A stretch of 64,000 nt of DNA from the NCBI GenBank assembly GCA_038064475.1, contig JBBTTA010000003.1, positions 24,985 to 88,984 on the forward strand. Direction: 5' to 3'. How positions within the stretch are numbered: position 1 is the first letter of the stretch; each line of letters opens with the position of its first letter. The stretch is from Patescibacteria group bacterium. GTDB lineage: Bacteria; Patescibacteriota; Minisyncoccia; Phycocordibacterales; EsbW-18. The translations under genes and the position numbers were made by a program. The notes beneath the pieces are model-generated. The model made no database searches. It worked only from the letters and a program-made list of their open reading frames with translations, and was not told where the DNA came from. This document shows positions 27,632-36,969 of the stretch, in pieces.

Positions 27632-29155
27632 ATGGCTGATCAATCTTTTACACCACCATCATCAGGAGGAGCACAGGGAATGCCAACCGATCTTCCTTTC
27701 ACACCCACTCCATCTGCAGGTATCAAAACTATGCCGATGAGTCCATCTGAAGTACCTCAAAAACAAATTGAGGAAAAGCCAATTTTGCAAGAAATTACCT
27801 CTGCTCCACCTAACACAGCGCCCCTGGAGGCTAAGCCTCCAAGTCTTGGAGGCTTAGCCTCCAAGACTGAATTTGCTCCACTTCCACAAACACCTCAACC
27901 ACTTCAAACTCCTCCTCAACCACCAAACCGCATGACACACATCGTCATGCCACAGCCAATGCCGCCCATCCCAGCGCCTGTTCCTCAAGAACCTCAACAC
28001 CCCTCACAAATAGAGTCGTTCATTCCTGAACAAAGAAAACCTCAAATAGTTTCCCAACCAACACCTGTTCCACAAACACAACCTCGTGAAACAACAATTC
28101 CGATTCAAAAAATTCCTGACGTTCCTCGCACACCTGTGTCATACAGAGAACCAATTCTTGAAATAGACAAGGTACCGTTCGTTCCCGTGACACCACCGCC
28201 TCCACCTCCAAAACCCGCGCCACTTCCACCAAAAAACACAGCGATTCGCACACTGCAAAGCGACATTGCGGAAACAGTGCAAGGACGTGGTATATCTGTT
28301 GCCGATATTGCGCTTGCTGAACAAAAAAGATCAGCGGCGAGTGGCGAGCACACACACGAACCAAAACAACCAACCAACTGGTGGGCCGTTGGTGCGATGT
28401 TGTTTGTATTGTTGGGTGTCGGTGTCACTGCTTCTATTTTTCTCTTTGCACCAAAAACTCCTGTCGACATACTCGACACAGGATCTGGATCAAATTTTCC
28501 TGCAGACAAACAAACATCACTTGATGTGACCGAAATGACCTTTGATGGATTCACAAATACAGTGCGCGACACATTGTTTGCAGAATTTCGTTTGGGCACA
28601 TTGATGAGTGTCAGTCTTTTCGAACAGACAAACCTTGGAGAAAATATTTCAGTAAACACCGAACGGTTCTTTTCGATTACGAAAAGCCGTGCACCTGATC
28701 GGTTGATTCGCTCGCTTGAAAAAGAATTCGTGTTTGGTGTCGCAACCGTTGATACGCCGACAGGATTTCTTGTCTTCACCACACAAAACTTTGAGAATAC
28801 GTTCGCCGGAATGCTCGAATGGGAACCATTCATGGTTGATGACCTTCCTTTTATTGCACGCACGATTTTGCCTCCACCTATCATCACGCCTGAAGTCATC
28901 GTTGCAACAACAAGCACCTCGACACTCTCCGCTTCAACAACGCCGCCTATGGCGCCCGAGCCATTTGTCATACCTACTGCGGTCTTCAAAGATATTATTG
29001 TACAAAACGAAGATACACGTGCGGCTGTCTTGCCTGATGGCACCATTCGTTTGTTGTATTCATTCCCTGATAGAAACACACTCATCATTGCGCAAAGCAA
29101 AGAAACACTGACCCTTATTCTCGAGCGCATCAATACGGCACGCTTCACACGATAA
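27632..29155 (+). CDS. Pro-rich membrane-anchored hypothetical protein
   Basis: Start MADQSF at 27632 (RBS AAAGGA); long Pro/Gln-rich N-terminal region, one TM (WWAVGAMLFVLLGVGVTASIFLF), about 250 aa C-terminal domain. Antisense ORF 28105..29274 rejected. Confidence 0.6.
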   Translation: MADQSFTPPSSGGAQGMPTDLPFTPTPSAGIKTMPMSPSEVPQKQIEEKPILQEITSAPPNTAPLEAKPPSLGGLASKTEFAPLPQTPQPLQTPPQPPNRMTHIVMPQPMPPIPAPVPQEPQHPSQIESFIPEQRKPQIVSQPTPVPQTQPRETTIPIQKIPDVPRTPVSYREPILEIDKVPFVPVTPPPPPPKPAPLPPKNTAIRTLQSDIAETVQGRGISVADIALAEQKRSAASGEHTHEPKQPTNWWAVGAMLFVLLGVGVTASIFLFAPKTPVDILDTGSGSNFPADKQTSLDVTEMTFDGFTNTVRDTLFAEFRLGTLMSVSLFEQTNLGENISVNTERFFSITKSRAPDRLIRSLEKEFVFGVATVDTPTGFLVFTTQNFENTFAGMLEWEPFMVDDLPFIARTILPPPIITPEVIVATTSTSTLSASTTPPMAPEPFVIPTAVFKDIIVQNEDTRAAVLPDGTIRLLYSFPDRNTLIIAQSKETLTLILERINTARFTR

Positions 29156-29175
29156 GGTGTGCAAATATTACACCT

Positions 29176-29523
29176 ATGAATACCCCAATTACATTCGGCA
29201 ATATGGGCGAGGTAGCACCCCTGCATCGAGGCTGGGTTGTCGGACGCTTTATTGAAATGGAAAATCCATTGCACTCAACCGATGTTGAAATTAAATACCA
29301 CGTCGCAAAAAAGGGAGAGCACAATGAAGTTGTTGCTTCAAGTAAAGCACAAAGTCTCACTATTCTTATTCGCGGGGAGTTTAAAATTAGCTTTCCCGAA
29401 CAAAGCAAGGAGTTTATCCTCAAAAAAGAAGGTGATTTTATTTTTTGGAATCCCGGCATAGGACACGATTGGGAGGTGCGTGAGGATTCTTTGCTTATTA
29501 CCGTTCGCTGGCCTTCACTCTAA
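29176..29523 (+). CDS. Cupin-fold small protein
   Basis: 115 aa; GDFIFWNPGIGHDWEV cupin-like strand motif. Confidence 0.45.
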   Translation: MNTPITFGNMGEVAPLHRGWVVGRFIEMENPLHSTDVEIKYHVAKKGEHNEVVASSKAQSLTILIRGEFKISFPEQSKEFILKKEGDFIFWNPGIGHDWEVREDSLLITVRWPSL

Positions 29524-29715
29524 CTATAGGATGTACGTCCTACACTAAACGAGCCTTGCGCGAGAGGCGGTAATCATCTATCCTTGCTTGGTATGGATCC
29601 CGTTAGAGATATTCTTTTGAATGTTTCTCGGGCATACGAAATATAAGCATGGTAAGATAAACTGCTGTTACCAAATAATCAACGGAAACGCTCGGCGTTT
29701 CCTATCTCTAACGGG

Positions 29716-30060
29716 ATGGATACATCACATTTTAAACAAAAATTACTCGACGAAAAGATACGTCTCGAAAGCGAGTTGGGCTCAATTGCCAAAAAGGATC
29801 CCAATAACCCATCTGATTGGAGTGCGGTTACCGACGAGATTGATTCTGAACCATCTGCAGACAAAAACGATCGCGCAGATGCAATTGAGGATTTAGAGGA
29901 GAACACTGGCATCACGAACGAGCTTGAAGCACGCCTCAAAGATGTGAATGATGCGCTTGATCGTATTGAAAAGGGGACATTCGGCAAAGATGAGACTACA
30001 GGAGAAGACATTGCTCCAGACCGACTCGAGGCAAATCCCGCAGCACGAACGAATATCTAA
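29716..30060 (+). CDS. DksA/TraR-like protein lacking the Cys4 zinc finger
   Basis: Coiled-coil N-terminal part and C-terminal GKDETTGEDIAPDRLEANPAARTNI (DksA/TraR finger consensus with Cys replaced). Confidence 0.5.
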   Translation: MDTSHFKQKLLDEKIRLESELGSIAKKDPNNPSDWSAVTDEIDSEPSADKNDRADAIEDLEENTGITNELEARLKDVNDALDRIEKGTFGKDETTGEDIAPDRLEANPAARTNI

Positions 30061-30264
30061 ATACCAATATATAAAAGGCTTCCCCCGCGTCGCTAATCGC
30101 GAGTGCAGGTGTTTTTTGTTACTTCGAGGAAAGAAGCTCCATGAGAATCTGAGGAGCAAGCTTCTTTCCGAGATCGTCTTCCGTTCGTCTTAAAAACTAT
30201 CGGATGCTCGGCGTCCAATAGTTTTCTTTAATTTATTTTTATCTCGTGTGTGTATACTCCGCGC

Positions 30265-31809
30265 ATGTCATTCGCAAAAGTATACGGTGCGCAGGTGCAG
30301 ATGCTTTCTGCACACATTATTTCTGTTGAAATAGATCTTTCCCGCGGTTTGTATGCATTCACGGTTGTCGGACTACCCGACAAAGCGGTTGAGGAATCGA
30401 GAGATCGCGTAAGCGCAGCGATAAAAAACTCTGGATTCGATCCACCAAAGTCACGTAATCAAAAAATTGTGATTTCACTCGCACCTGCTGACATGAAAAA
30501 AGAAGGGCCGAACTTTGATGTTGCAATCGCGCTTGCATATCTTTTGGCGGAGGATGATATTCGTTTTAATCCTGAGAAAAAGTTATTCATAGGCGAGTTA
30601 TCACTCGACGGTGATGTGCGCGGTGTACCTGGAATCTTGCCTCTTGTGTTGAAAGCGCGAGAAAAAGGTTTTACCGAGGTGTTTGTACCGCACACAAACG
30701 CAGACGAAGCCGCTTTGGTTGAAAACGTTTCTGTCTACGCAATCACAACACTTAAAGAAGTCGTAGAACATCTGAATGAAAAAGAAAATGAAAAGATACA
30801 AAAGAAACTACTCCTACCCGTCACACCAAAACGGTACGAGCCACGTCACACAGAAACGCAGACCGATTTTCGAGATATCCGCGGACAAGAGTCCGCGAAG
30901 CGCGGTCTTATGATTGCCGCATCGGGCGGGCACAACATTGCATTGTGGGGCCCGCCTGGTACAGGAAAAACGTTATTGGCAAAAGCATTCGCTGGTATTT
31001 TGCCGCCACTAACATTCGAAGAAATGCTTGAGGTGACGAGTATTCACTCCGTCGCGGGGACGTTGCGCGAAGCGCTTGTTGCGTCCCCGCCATTTCGAAG
31101 TCCACACCACACGAGCTCATATGTCTCTCTTATCGGCGGCGGTTCAACACCAAAACCGGGTGAGATAACACTCGCACATCGTGGCGTATTATTTTTAGAC
31201 GAGTTTCCTGAGTTCGATAAACGAGTTATTGAAAGTTTGCGCCAACCACTTGAAGACCGTGTCATATCTGTGTCGCGCGCAAAAGGTTCGGCGCATTTTC
31301 CTGCAGACATTATTGTTGTTGCCGCACTCAACCCATGTCCGTGCGGTAATTGGGGAAGTAGTAGTCACACATGTATCTGCACACCACACTCACTCGCACG
31401 CTATGCGCGAAAATTGTCAAGCCCGATTATCGATCGCATCGATATGTGGATTGAAGTTGCATCTCTTGATCACGAGGTGTTGTCACGCAAAGCAGAAGGG
31501 GATACGACTGAAACAATTCGCGCACATGTTCTGTCTTCGCGAGAAAAAGCACAGAAACGTTTTTCAAAAACGCGGCTACGAAAAAATAGCGACATGTCGG
31601 TCAAAGATCTTGATTCCTTTGTTCCTCTTTCTCCTGAAACGAGAAGTGTGTTGAACGCGTCTGCAGCAAAACTTAATCTCTCTGCACGCGCATATCACCG
31701 CATCATCAAACTCGCACGTACGATTGCTGATATGGAAGATGCCGAGCATGTTGAGACACCTCACATTCTTGAGGCATTGCAGTACCGACCAAAAGCCTTC
31801 GGTGTATGA
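30265..31809 (+). CDS. comM: YifB/ComM family Mg-chelatase-like AAA+ ATPase
   Basis: N-terminal Lon-protease-like domain, Walker A GPPGTGKT, ChlI-type core, C-terminal helical domain; start taken at MSFAKVYGAQ. Confidence 0.85.
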   Translation: MSFAKVYGAQVQMLSAHIISVEIDLSRGLYAFTVVGLPDKAVEESRDRVSAAIKNSGFDPPKSRNQKIVISLAPADMKKEGPNFDVAIALAYLLAEDDIRFNPEKKLFIGELSLDGDVRGVPGILPLVLKAREKGFTEVFVPHTNADEAALVENVSVYAITTLKEVVEHLNEKENEKIQKKLLLPVTPKRYEPRHTETQTDFRDIRGQESAKRGLMIAASGGHNIALWGPPGTGKTLLAKAFAGILPPLTFEEMLEVTSIHSVAGTLREALVASPPFRSPHHTSSYVSLIGGGSTPKPGEITLAHRGVLFLDEFPEFDKRVIESLRQPLEDRVISVSRAKGSAHFPADIIVVAALNPCPCGNWGSSSHTCICTPHSLARYARKLSSPIIDRIDMWIEVASLDHEVLSRKAEGDTTETIRAHVLSSREKAQKRFSKTRLRKNSDMSVKDLDSFVPLSPETRSVLNASAAKLNLSARAYHRIIKLARTIADMEDAEHVETPHILEALQYRPKAFGV

Positions 31810-31867
31810 AAGCAATCACATTACAAACAGTATCCCAGCAAATTTACCTGATTCGCGGAAAACGTTC

Positions 31868-32374
31868 ATGATTGATAGTGATTTAGCAGAGTTGTATGGA
31901 ATATCAACTGGCCGTCTCAATGAGCAGGTTCGGCGCAATCATGAACGTTTTCCTTCCGATTTTATGTTTGAACTTACACCAGAAGAAACCCGCTGTTTGA
32001 AGTCACAATTTGTGACTTCAAAACCTTCCGTCTCTTTGATATTCCAAAGTGGAATATCAAAAGAGGAGGGTTTGATATCGCAATTTGCGATATCAAAGGG
32101 ACGTGGGGGCCGTCGAAAACCTCTATTTGCCTTTACCCAGGAAGGCGTTGCTATGCTTTCGAGTGTTTTGCGAAGTCCTCGTGCGGTTCAAGTAAACATT
32201 GCTATCATGCGAGCTTTTGTACGTCTCCACGAAATACTTTCAACACACAAAGAGCTTTCAAAACGGCTTAATGAACTTGAAAAGAAATACGATGATCGTT
32301 TCCGCATTGTCTTTGAAGCAATACGAAATATGATGCAACACCCCGAACCACCACAAAATAAAATTGGCTTTTGA
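31868..32374 (+). CDS. ORF6N-domain protein; the N-terminal 21 codons lie in another frame (31806..31871)
   Basis: MIDSDLAELYGISTGRLNEQVRRNHERFPSDFMFELT is the ORF6N core; upstream short ORF MKAITLQTVSQQIYLIRGKRS matches the ORF6N N-terminus and joins via a TCATGA overlap, implying a 1-nt frameshift or split gene. Confidence 0.6.
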   Translation: MIDSDLAELYGISTGRLNEQVRRNHERFPSDFMFELTPEETRCLKSQFVTSKPSVSLIFQSGISKEEGLISQFAISKGRGGRRKPLFAFTQEGVAMLSSVLRSPRAVQVNIAIMRAFVRLHEILSTHKELSKRLNELEKKYDDRFRIVFEAIRNMMQHPEPPQNKIGF

Positions 32375-32480
32375 TGTAACGCAAAACCCCGTCTACCGTA
32401 GGCAGACGGGGTTCCGGTCGTTTTGGATATTCTAGATCAAAACCTGTAGCACATGTACCCCACATGCTACTGGCTCCACC

Positions 32481-33506
32481 CTAGAATGGGTTTGTTGCAC
32501 CACGAACCTCAAAGTGCAGGTGCGTTCCTGTCGCTTTTCCTGTTGCACCCATGTACCCAACCACTTGTCCTTGTGTCACCGCATCACCAACTGAAACAGC
32601 GTTTGAGCTGTTGTGCGCATACAATGTTTGCGTACCGTTGCCGTGGCGAACTACCACATAGTTTCCATAGCCACCGTTCCAGCTTCCATCAGAACGACTG
32701 ATGATAACTTCACCAGCTGCAGCAGCGTAAATCGGTGCACCGTAGGCTGATGCAAGGTCAACACCGTTGTAGCCGTGAATACCCTGTGTACGCACACCTC
32801 CTGCAACTGGTCGCATGAAGTACCCCACATACGTTGGACCACTGTAGGTAAGTTTTGTTCCTGATGTTGGTGATATCTTTGGAGCAGCGACTTCACCGTT
32901 TGGAATGATAAGTTCCGTGCCAACAGCAAGCGCGTCGTCTGAGTGCAAACCGTTAAATTGTGCAATTTCGTCTATGTCACCACTATATTTCTTTGCAAGA
33001 GATGCCAATGTTTCACCTTTAACAACTACGTGTCGAACGCCCGTGATAGGAAGGATTACCAACTTATCACCTGGTTGAATAGCTTCTTTTGGACCAATGT
33101 CGTTTGCCCAGCGAATCGTATTCATCGTCACATCAAACATTGATGCAATCTGTGACAAGGTGTCCCCCTCGTGCACGACGTAGACTGAAATCTCACCTGG
33201 GTTCTCCGCAGAAATACCTTCGCCCTCTGGAATTGGGCTACCGTCAGCAGAAAGAGCTTCGCCGTCAACGATCGTAATATCACCACCACCGACAGCTACC
33301 TTTGGGTCTGGATTCTTTACGCCTTCCAGAAGAACTATTGTTTGAGAGTTGTATGTAGCACCAGCACCTTCGTCTGCGTCTGCGCGATGACCCAAAAAGT
33401 CAAAAAGGGCTGCGGTTGTTAAGCCTGGAGTAGCAATAAGGAGAATAGCGCCTATAGCCGTAAGATGCCGGGACGCATTCCAAACCGCATATTTTGTCCG
33501 ATCCAA
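32481..33506 (-). CDS. LysM-domain M23 family peptidase (secreted)
   Basis: TM/signal anchor, two LysM repeats (VVHEGDTLSQIASMF...; HVVVKGETLASLAKKY...), M23 motifs GVDLASAYGAPIYAAAAG...HLHFEV. Confidence 0.8.
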   Translation of the reverse strand: MDRTKYAVWNASRHLTAIGAILLIATPGLTTAALFDFLGHRADADEGAGATYNSQTIVLLEGVKNPDPKVAVGGGDITIVDGEALSADGSPIPEGEGISAENPGEISVYVVHEGDTLSQIASMFDVTMNTIRWANDIGPKEAIQPGDKLVILPITGVRHVVVKGETLASLAKKYSGDIDEIAQFNGLHSDDALAVGTELIIPNGEVAAPKISPTSGTKLTYSGPTYVGYFMRPVAGGVRTQGIHGYNGVDLASAYGAPIYAAAAGEVIISRSDGSWNGGYGNYVVVRHGNGTQTLYAHNSSNAVSVGDAVTQGQVVGYMGATGKATGTHLHFEVRGATNPF

Positions 33507-33901
33507 GAGCTTTTTCGCGGGATCGGAGTCTGGAGAAGAAAATCTTATATAGTATATCTAGATACTAAAGCCGCCGTTTCAATCATGCCCCCCGTGAAGG
33601 GCTACGCGTACAGTCATTCGGAATAGTATCCATTTTATAATTCATCTGCCATTCAGACAATGGACGTGGGAATTATCTGTGGGATAGTGGGGTACCCAGA
33701 AATGGCTCCGTTAAGCCACGTTTTTCAAAAATAAAGGTGGATTTTCTATTGACATAAATATTAAGAAATGGTGAAAAACGGGTTGGTTAGGCAAAAAGTA
33801 ACCTGAGGGAGGATTGACAGATGTGTATTTTGTGATATTATGGATACGAATGTTCCCAACCAAAGCGCTTTTGCTTTTGGTTCATCGAAACGGAGGATGG
33901 A

Positions 33902-34018
33902 ATGAGCAGATTCATCTTGTACTTCGCAATCGGATCCGCGCTGGCCTCGTTTTTCCTCATCAGCTACCGGCTCAGAGAGATTGGCGCCCACCTCAAGACA
34001 ATCGCCGAGAAGAAGTAG
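33902..34018 (+). CDS. Possible 38-aa single-TM peptide (GC-rich mini-cassette)
   Basis: MSRFILYFAIGSALASFFLISYRLREIGAHLKTIAEKK; GGAGGA 9 nt upstream; hairpin terminator cccacagaaagt-tccgcg-actttctgtggg at 34024..34060. Not in the ORF track (short). Confidence 0.35.
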   Translation: MSRFILYFAIGSALASFFLISYRLREIGAHLKTIAEKK

Positions 34019-34087
34019 CCTCGCCCACAGAAAGTTCCGCGACTTTCTGTGGGCTTTCTGTTTCTGAAGGTTTAACCTTCATTTTTT

Positions 34088-34122
34088 GTTTTCTGTTTTC
34101 TGTTCTTTGTTTTCTGTTCTTT
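34088..34122. repeat. Heptamer tandem repeat (gttttct/gttcttt, 5 units) upstream of the UvrD/PcrA gene
   Basis: Read directly. Confidence 0.85.
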
Positions 34123-34153
34123 GTTACATGCTACATGTTTCGCGTTTTCTGCT

Positions 34154-36109
34154 ATGATGCGCGAAACGATGTCGCCCAAACTCAATCCCGCACAACAAGA
34201 AGCTGTCGAACACAAAGATGGTCCGCTTATGATCATTGCTGGTGCTGGTACAGGAAAAACACGTGTCCTCACACACCGCATCGCACGTTTGATTGAAAAA
34301 GGTGTACTGCCAGAAAAAATTCTTGCAGTGACATTCACCAACAAAGCGGCGCGCGAAATGCGCGAACGTTTGCAAACATTGCTTGGCTATCCTCTTGAGA
34401 GATTTTCTTCACGCAATCCATCTCCATTCATCGGTACATTCCACTCACTTGGTATTTTGATTTTGCGCGAGAATGCAAAGTTGCTCGGCATGCCGGTTCA
34501 TTTTTCAATACTTGATCGTGATGATTCACTTTCAATTATCAAACGTGCGGCAAAAGGACTCTCACTTGACCCAAAACGATTTCCTCCTGCGGCAATTCTC
34601 AATACAATTTCAAAATACAAAGGAGAAACGGTGTCGTTTGAAGAGTTTAGAAATGAATATGCGCATGACACATTCACAAAAGCAGTTGCATCTGTGTGGG
34701 AGAGGTATGCATCCGAAGTGCACAAAGAAAAGGTATATGATTTTGATGATTTGTTGTCAGAAACTGTTTCACTTTTGAAAAAATATCCTGATGTGCTTTC
34801 GCAATACCATGAACGTTGGAATTATTTGCATGTTGATGAATACCAAGACACGAACACCGTGCAGTACGAACTCATTCGGCTCTTATCTGGGGCCGTAAAA
34901 AACGTTTGTATTGTCGGTGACCACGATCAGTGTATTTACACGTGGCGCTCAGCAGACATCAGAAATTTGGAGAAATTTGAGAAAGAATTTACGGGGACAA
35001 AAGTGGTAACGCTCGAAGAAAACTATCGATCAACACAAACCATTCTCACCGCAGCAAACGATGCAATTCGAGAAAACACCGTGCGCAAAGAAAAGAATTT
35101 GTTTACAAATGGACGCGATGGAGAAAAAATTGAAGTGTACATGGGAGCAAACGAAGTTGATGAGTCTGGTTGGATTGCATCTCGTGCACAGGAATTAATT
35201 GATAGTGGTGTGTCTGCACACGAAATTGCAGTATTGTTCCGTGCAAACTTTCTTTCACGCGCGCTCGAAGAAGGTTTTTTGAAAGCGCGCGTTGCATATC
35301 AGGTGCTGGGCGTACGATTTTTTGAGAGAAAAGAAGTGAAGGATGTGCTCTCATACATCGGCGCAGCGTTGAATCCTGAAAGCGCGACACATATTGCACG
35401 CATTATTAACACACCGGCACGTGGTATCGGAAAAGTAACGTTGTTAAAAATACTTTCACACGACACAAGTAGTATCCCTGCAAAAACACAAGAAAAAATC
35501 GCACACTTTAGATCTCTTCTCTTACGCATCGCGGAGTACGCACTCTCACACAAACCGTCAGAGACAATTGCATACACCATTAAAGAAAGCGGACTTGAAC
35601 ATGAACTCAAAGGAGAGGGGGACGATGGTGCAGAACGACTCGCAAACATTCGTGAACTTGTGTCTCTCGCAACACGGTACGACACCCTACCAAACGAAGA
35701 AGGTATTCGTGTATTTCTTGAAGAGGCAATGCTTGCGAGCGATCAAGATGCACTCAAAGAAAAGGAAGATACAGTCAAACTGATGACAATCCATGCCGCA
35801 AAAGGTCTTGAATTTGAACATGTGTTTGTTTCTGGGCTTGAAGAAGGCCTCTTTCCTAATGAACGAAGTGAAATGCGGGACAAACCCGAAGAACGTGAGG
35901 AAGAGCGCCGTCTTTTTTACGTTGCCCTTACACGCGCAAAGAAGCGTCTCCACCTTTCGTATGCGATGATACGTACGATATTCGGAAGTCCAACCGTAAA
36001 TACCCCTTCACGATTTTTGACAGAAATTTCTGAAGATTTGGTTGAAAATGCAACGCCTGATGATAGCGGATGGGGGCTCGGTGGACGCGAACTTCTCTCA
36101 AACTGGTAG
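34154..36109 (+). CDS. UvrD/PcrA-type ATP-dependent DNA helicase
   Basis: Walker A IIAGAGTGKTRVL, VTFTNKAAREM, DEYQDTN, helicase motifs through VALTRAKKRL; exact start uncertain (Met at 34121, 34154 or 34169). Confidence 0.9.
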   Translation: MMRETMSPKLNPAQQEAVEHKDGPLMIIAGAGTGKTRVLTHRIARLIEKGVLPEKILAVTFTNKAAREMRERLQTLLGYPLERFSSRNPSPFIGTFHSLGILILRENAKLLGMPVHFSILDRDDSLSIIKRAAKGLSLDPKRFPPAAILNTISKYKGETVSFEEFRNEYAHDTFTKAVASVWERYASEVHKEKVYDFDDLLSETVSLLKKYPDVLSQYHERWNYLHVDEYQDTNTVQYELIRLLSGAVKNVCIVGDHDQCIYTWRSADIRNLEKFEKEFTGTKVVTLEENYRSTQTILTAANDAIRENTVRKEKNLFTNGRDGEKIEVYMGANEVDESGWIASRAQELIDSGVSAHEIAVLFRANFLSRALEEGFLKARVAYQVLGVRFFERKEVKDVLSYIGAALNPESATHIARIINTPARGIGKVTLLKILSHDTSSIPAKTQEKIAHFRSLLLRIAEYALSHKPSETIAYTIKESGLEHELKGEGDDGAERLANIRELVSLATRYDTLPNEEGIRVFLEEAMLASDQDALKEKEDTVKLMTIHAAKGLEFEHVFVSGLEEGLFPNERSEMRDKPEEREEERRLFYVALTRAKKRLHLSYAMIRTIFGSPTVNTPSRFLTEISEDLVENATPDDSGWGLGGRELLSNW

Positions 36110-36233
36110 TTTCTTGCTTAAAGTGTGGCAGATTGGTAGTTTTTTGCTTGAAGTATGTTTAGTGTACCCACCCTTGCGATGTCGAGTGTCGAGCTACCTA
36201 TTGTAATCGATAGAACCCAGATATGGTGACTTC

Positions 36234-36269
36234 AACTTTCAATTTTGACGATCGTCAAAATTGAAAGTT
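36234..36269. repeat. 36-bp perfect palindrome aactttcaattttgacgatcgtcaaaattgaaagtt overlapping the stop of the PaaX-like gene
   Basis: Read directly; shares the ttcaat...gacgatcgtc...attgaa core with 36849..36878. Confidence 0.9.
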
Positions 36270-36828
36270 ACAGGGAAAACCTTTTCCTCAGGACTTCATC
36301 TGTGTCAATTTTTTCAATAACGATATAGGCAATTTGGTTTTCAATATTTAAGATCTCTCTGAGCGAAGCAATCACTTCGTCGCATGGAAAGGGCGTGATC
36401 CAAACGCTCCGTTGAAAATACACAAAACCACACCTTTTCAAAACATCTCGAACAAGCGTTCTCTTGCTCCTTTCTCCTTCTGATATATCAAATGCAACAG
36501 CCCGCCACTTGCCGTCCCAAGGAACTTTTTGACTTACTCGGATATCTTTTGTTTTGTACTTGCCCAACAAATCCCTGCCCGATTCGCTTAAAATCACCAT
36601 TGGTTTTCGGCCTTTCCGTGAAATAACAAGATGTCCTTTCTTTTCAAGACGTTGTATTGCTGTGGCAATTTGAATTTCTTGTTGTTTTGCTTTTCTTGCG
36701 TTCATTTTTCGAAGAGTTTTCAGAATCAATACAGCATTTGGAGCTAAGATGGCGAGGGCAACAATTCCCCCAAGAGCCACAAGGGAAAGGACTGTCTTTA
36801 CAACAACGCCTTTTTTAAATTTTTTCAT
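36268..36828 (-). CDS. PaaX-like regulator (N-terminal TM helix, winged-helix, C-terminal Cas2-like fold)
   Basis: 186 aa; AIQRLEKKGHLVISRKGRKPMVILSESGRDLL wHTH; WDGKWRAVAFDISEGERSKRTLVRDVLKRCGFVYFQRSVWITPFP resembles PaaX_C/Cas2-like. Confidence 0.5.
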   Translation of the reverse strand: MKKFKKGVVVKTVLSLVALGGIVALAILAPNAVLILKTLRKMNARKAKQQEIQIATAIQRLEKKGHLVISRKGRKPMVILSESGRDLLGKYKTKDIRVSQKVPWDGKWRAVAFDISEGERSKRTLVRDVLKRCGFVYFQRSVWITPFPCDEVIASLREILNIENQIAYIVIEKIDTDEVLRKRFSL

Positions 36829-36848
36829 GAACGGTATTAGATTTTTAA

Positions 36849-36878
36849 TTTCAATCTAGACGATCGTCTAGATTGAAA
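36849..36878. promoter_or_regulatory. 30-bp perfect palindrome tttcaatctagacgatcgtctagattgaaa, 21 bp upstream of the PaaX-like gene start (candidate operator)
   Basis: Read directly. Confidence 0.6.
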
Positions 36879-36969
36879 GTGTAGAGGAAAGAGATAAAAA
36901 AAATTTAAAGTTTTATTGGGGAAGAAAAATCAAAAAATTGAAATATAAAAGAGCGGTATACTATCTGAC

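Noticed and set aside
28105-29274. 389-aa minus-strand ORF
   Set aside because: It is antisense to the 27632..29155 gene, which has an RBS, a TM segment and a coherent domain organisation. The minus-strand product is compositionally odd with no features.
33761-34296. Track ORFs 33814..34296 (+) and 33761..33991 (-)
   Set aside because: They span a terminator, the heptamer repeat and the start of uvrD in a different frame. They are better explained by the short GC-rich peptide ORF 33902..34018 plus the uvrD gene.
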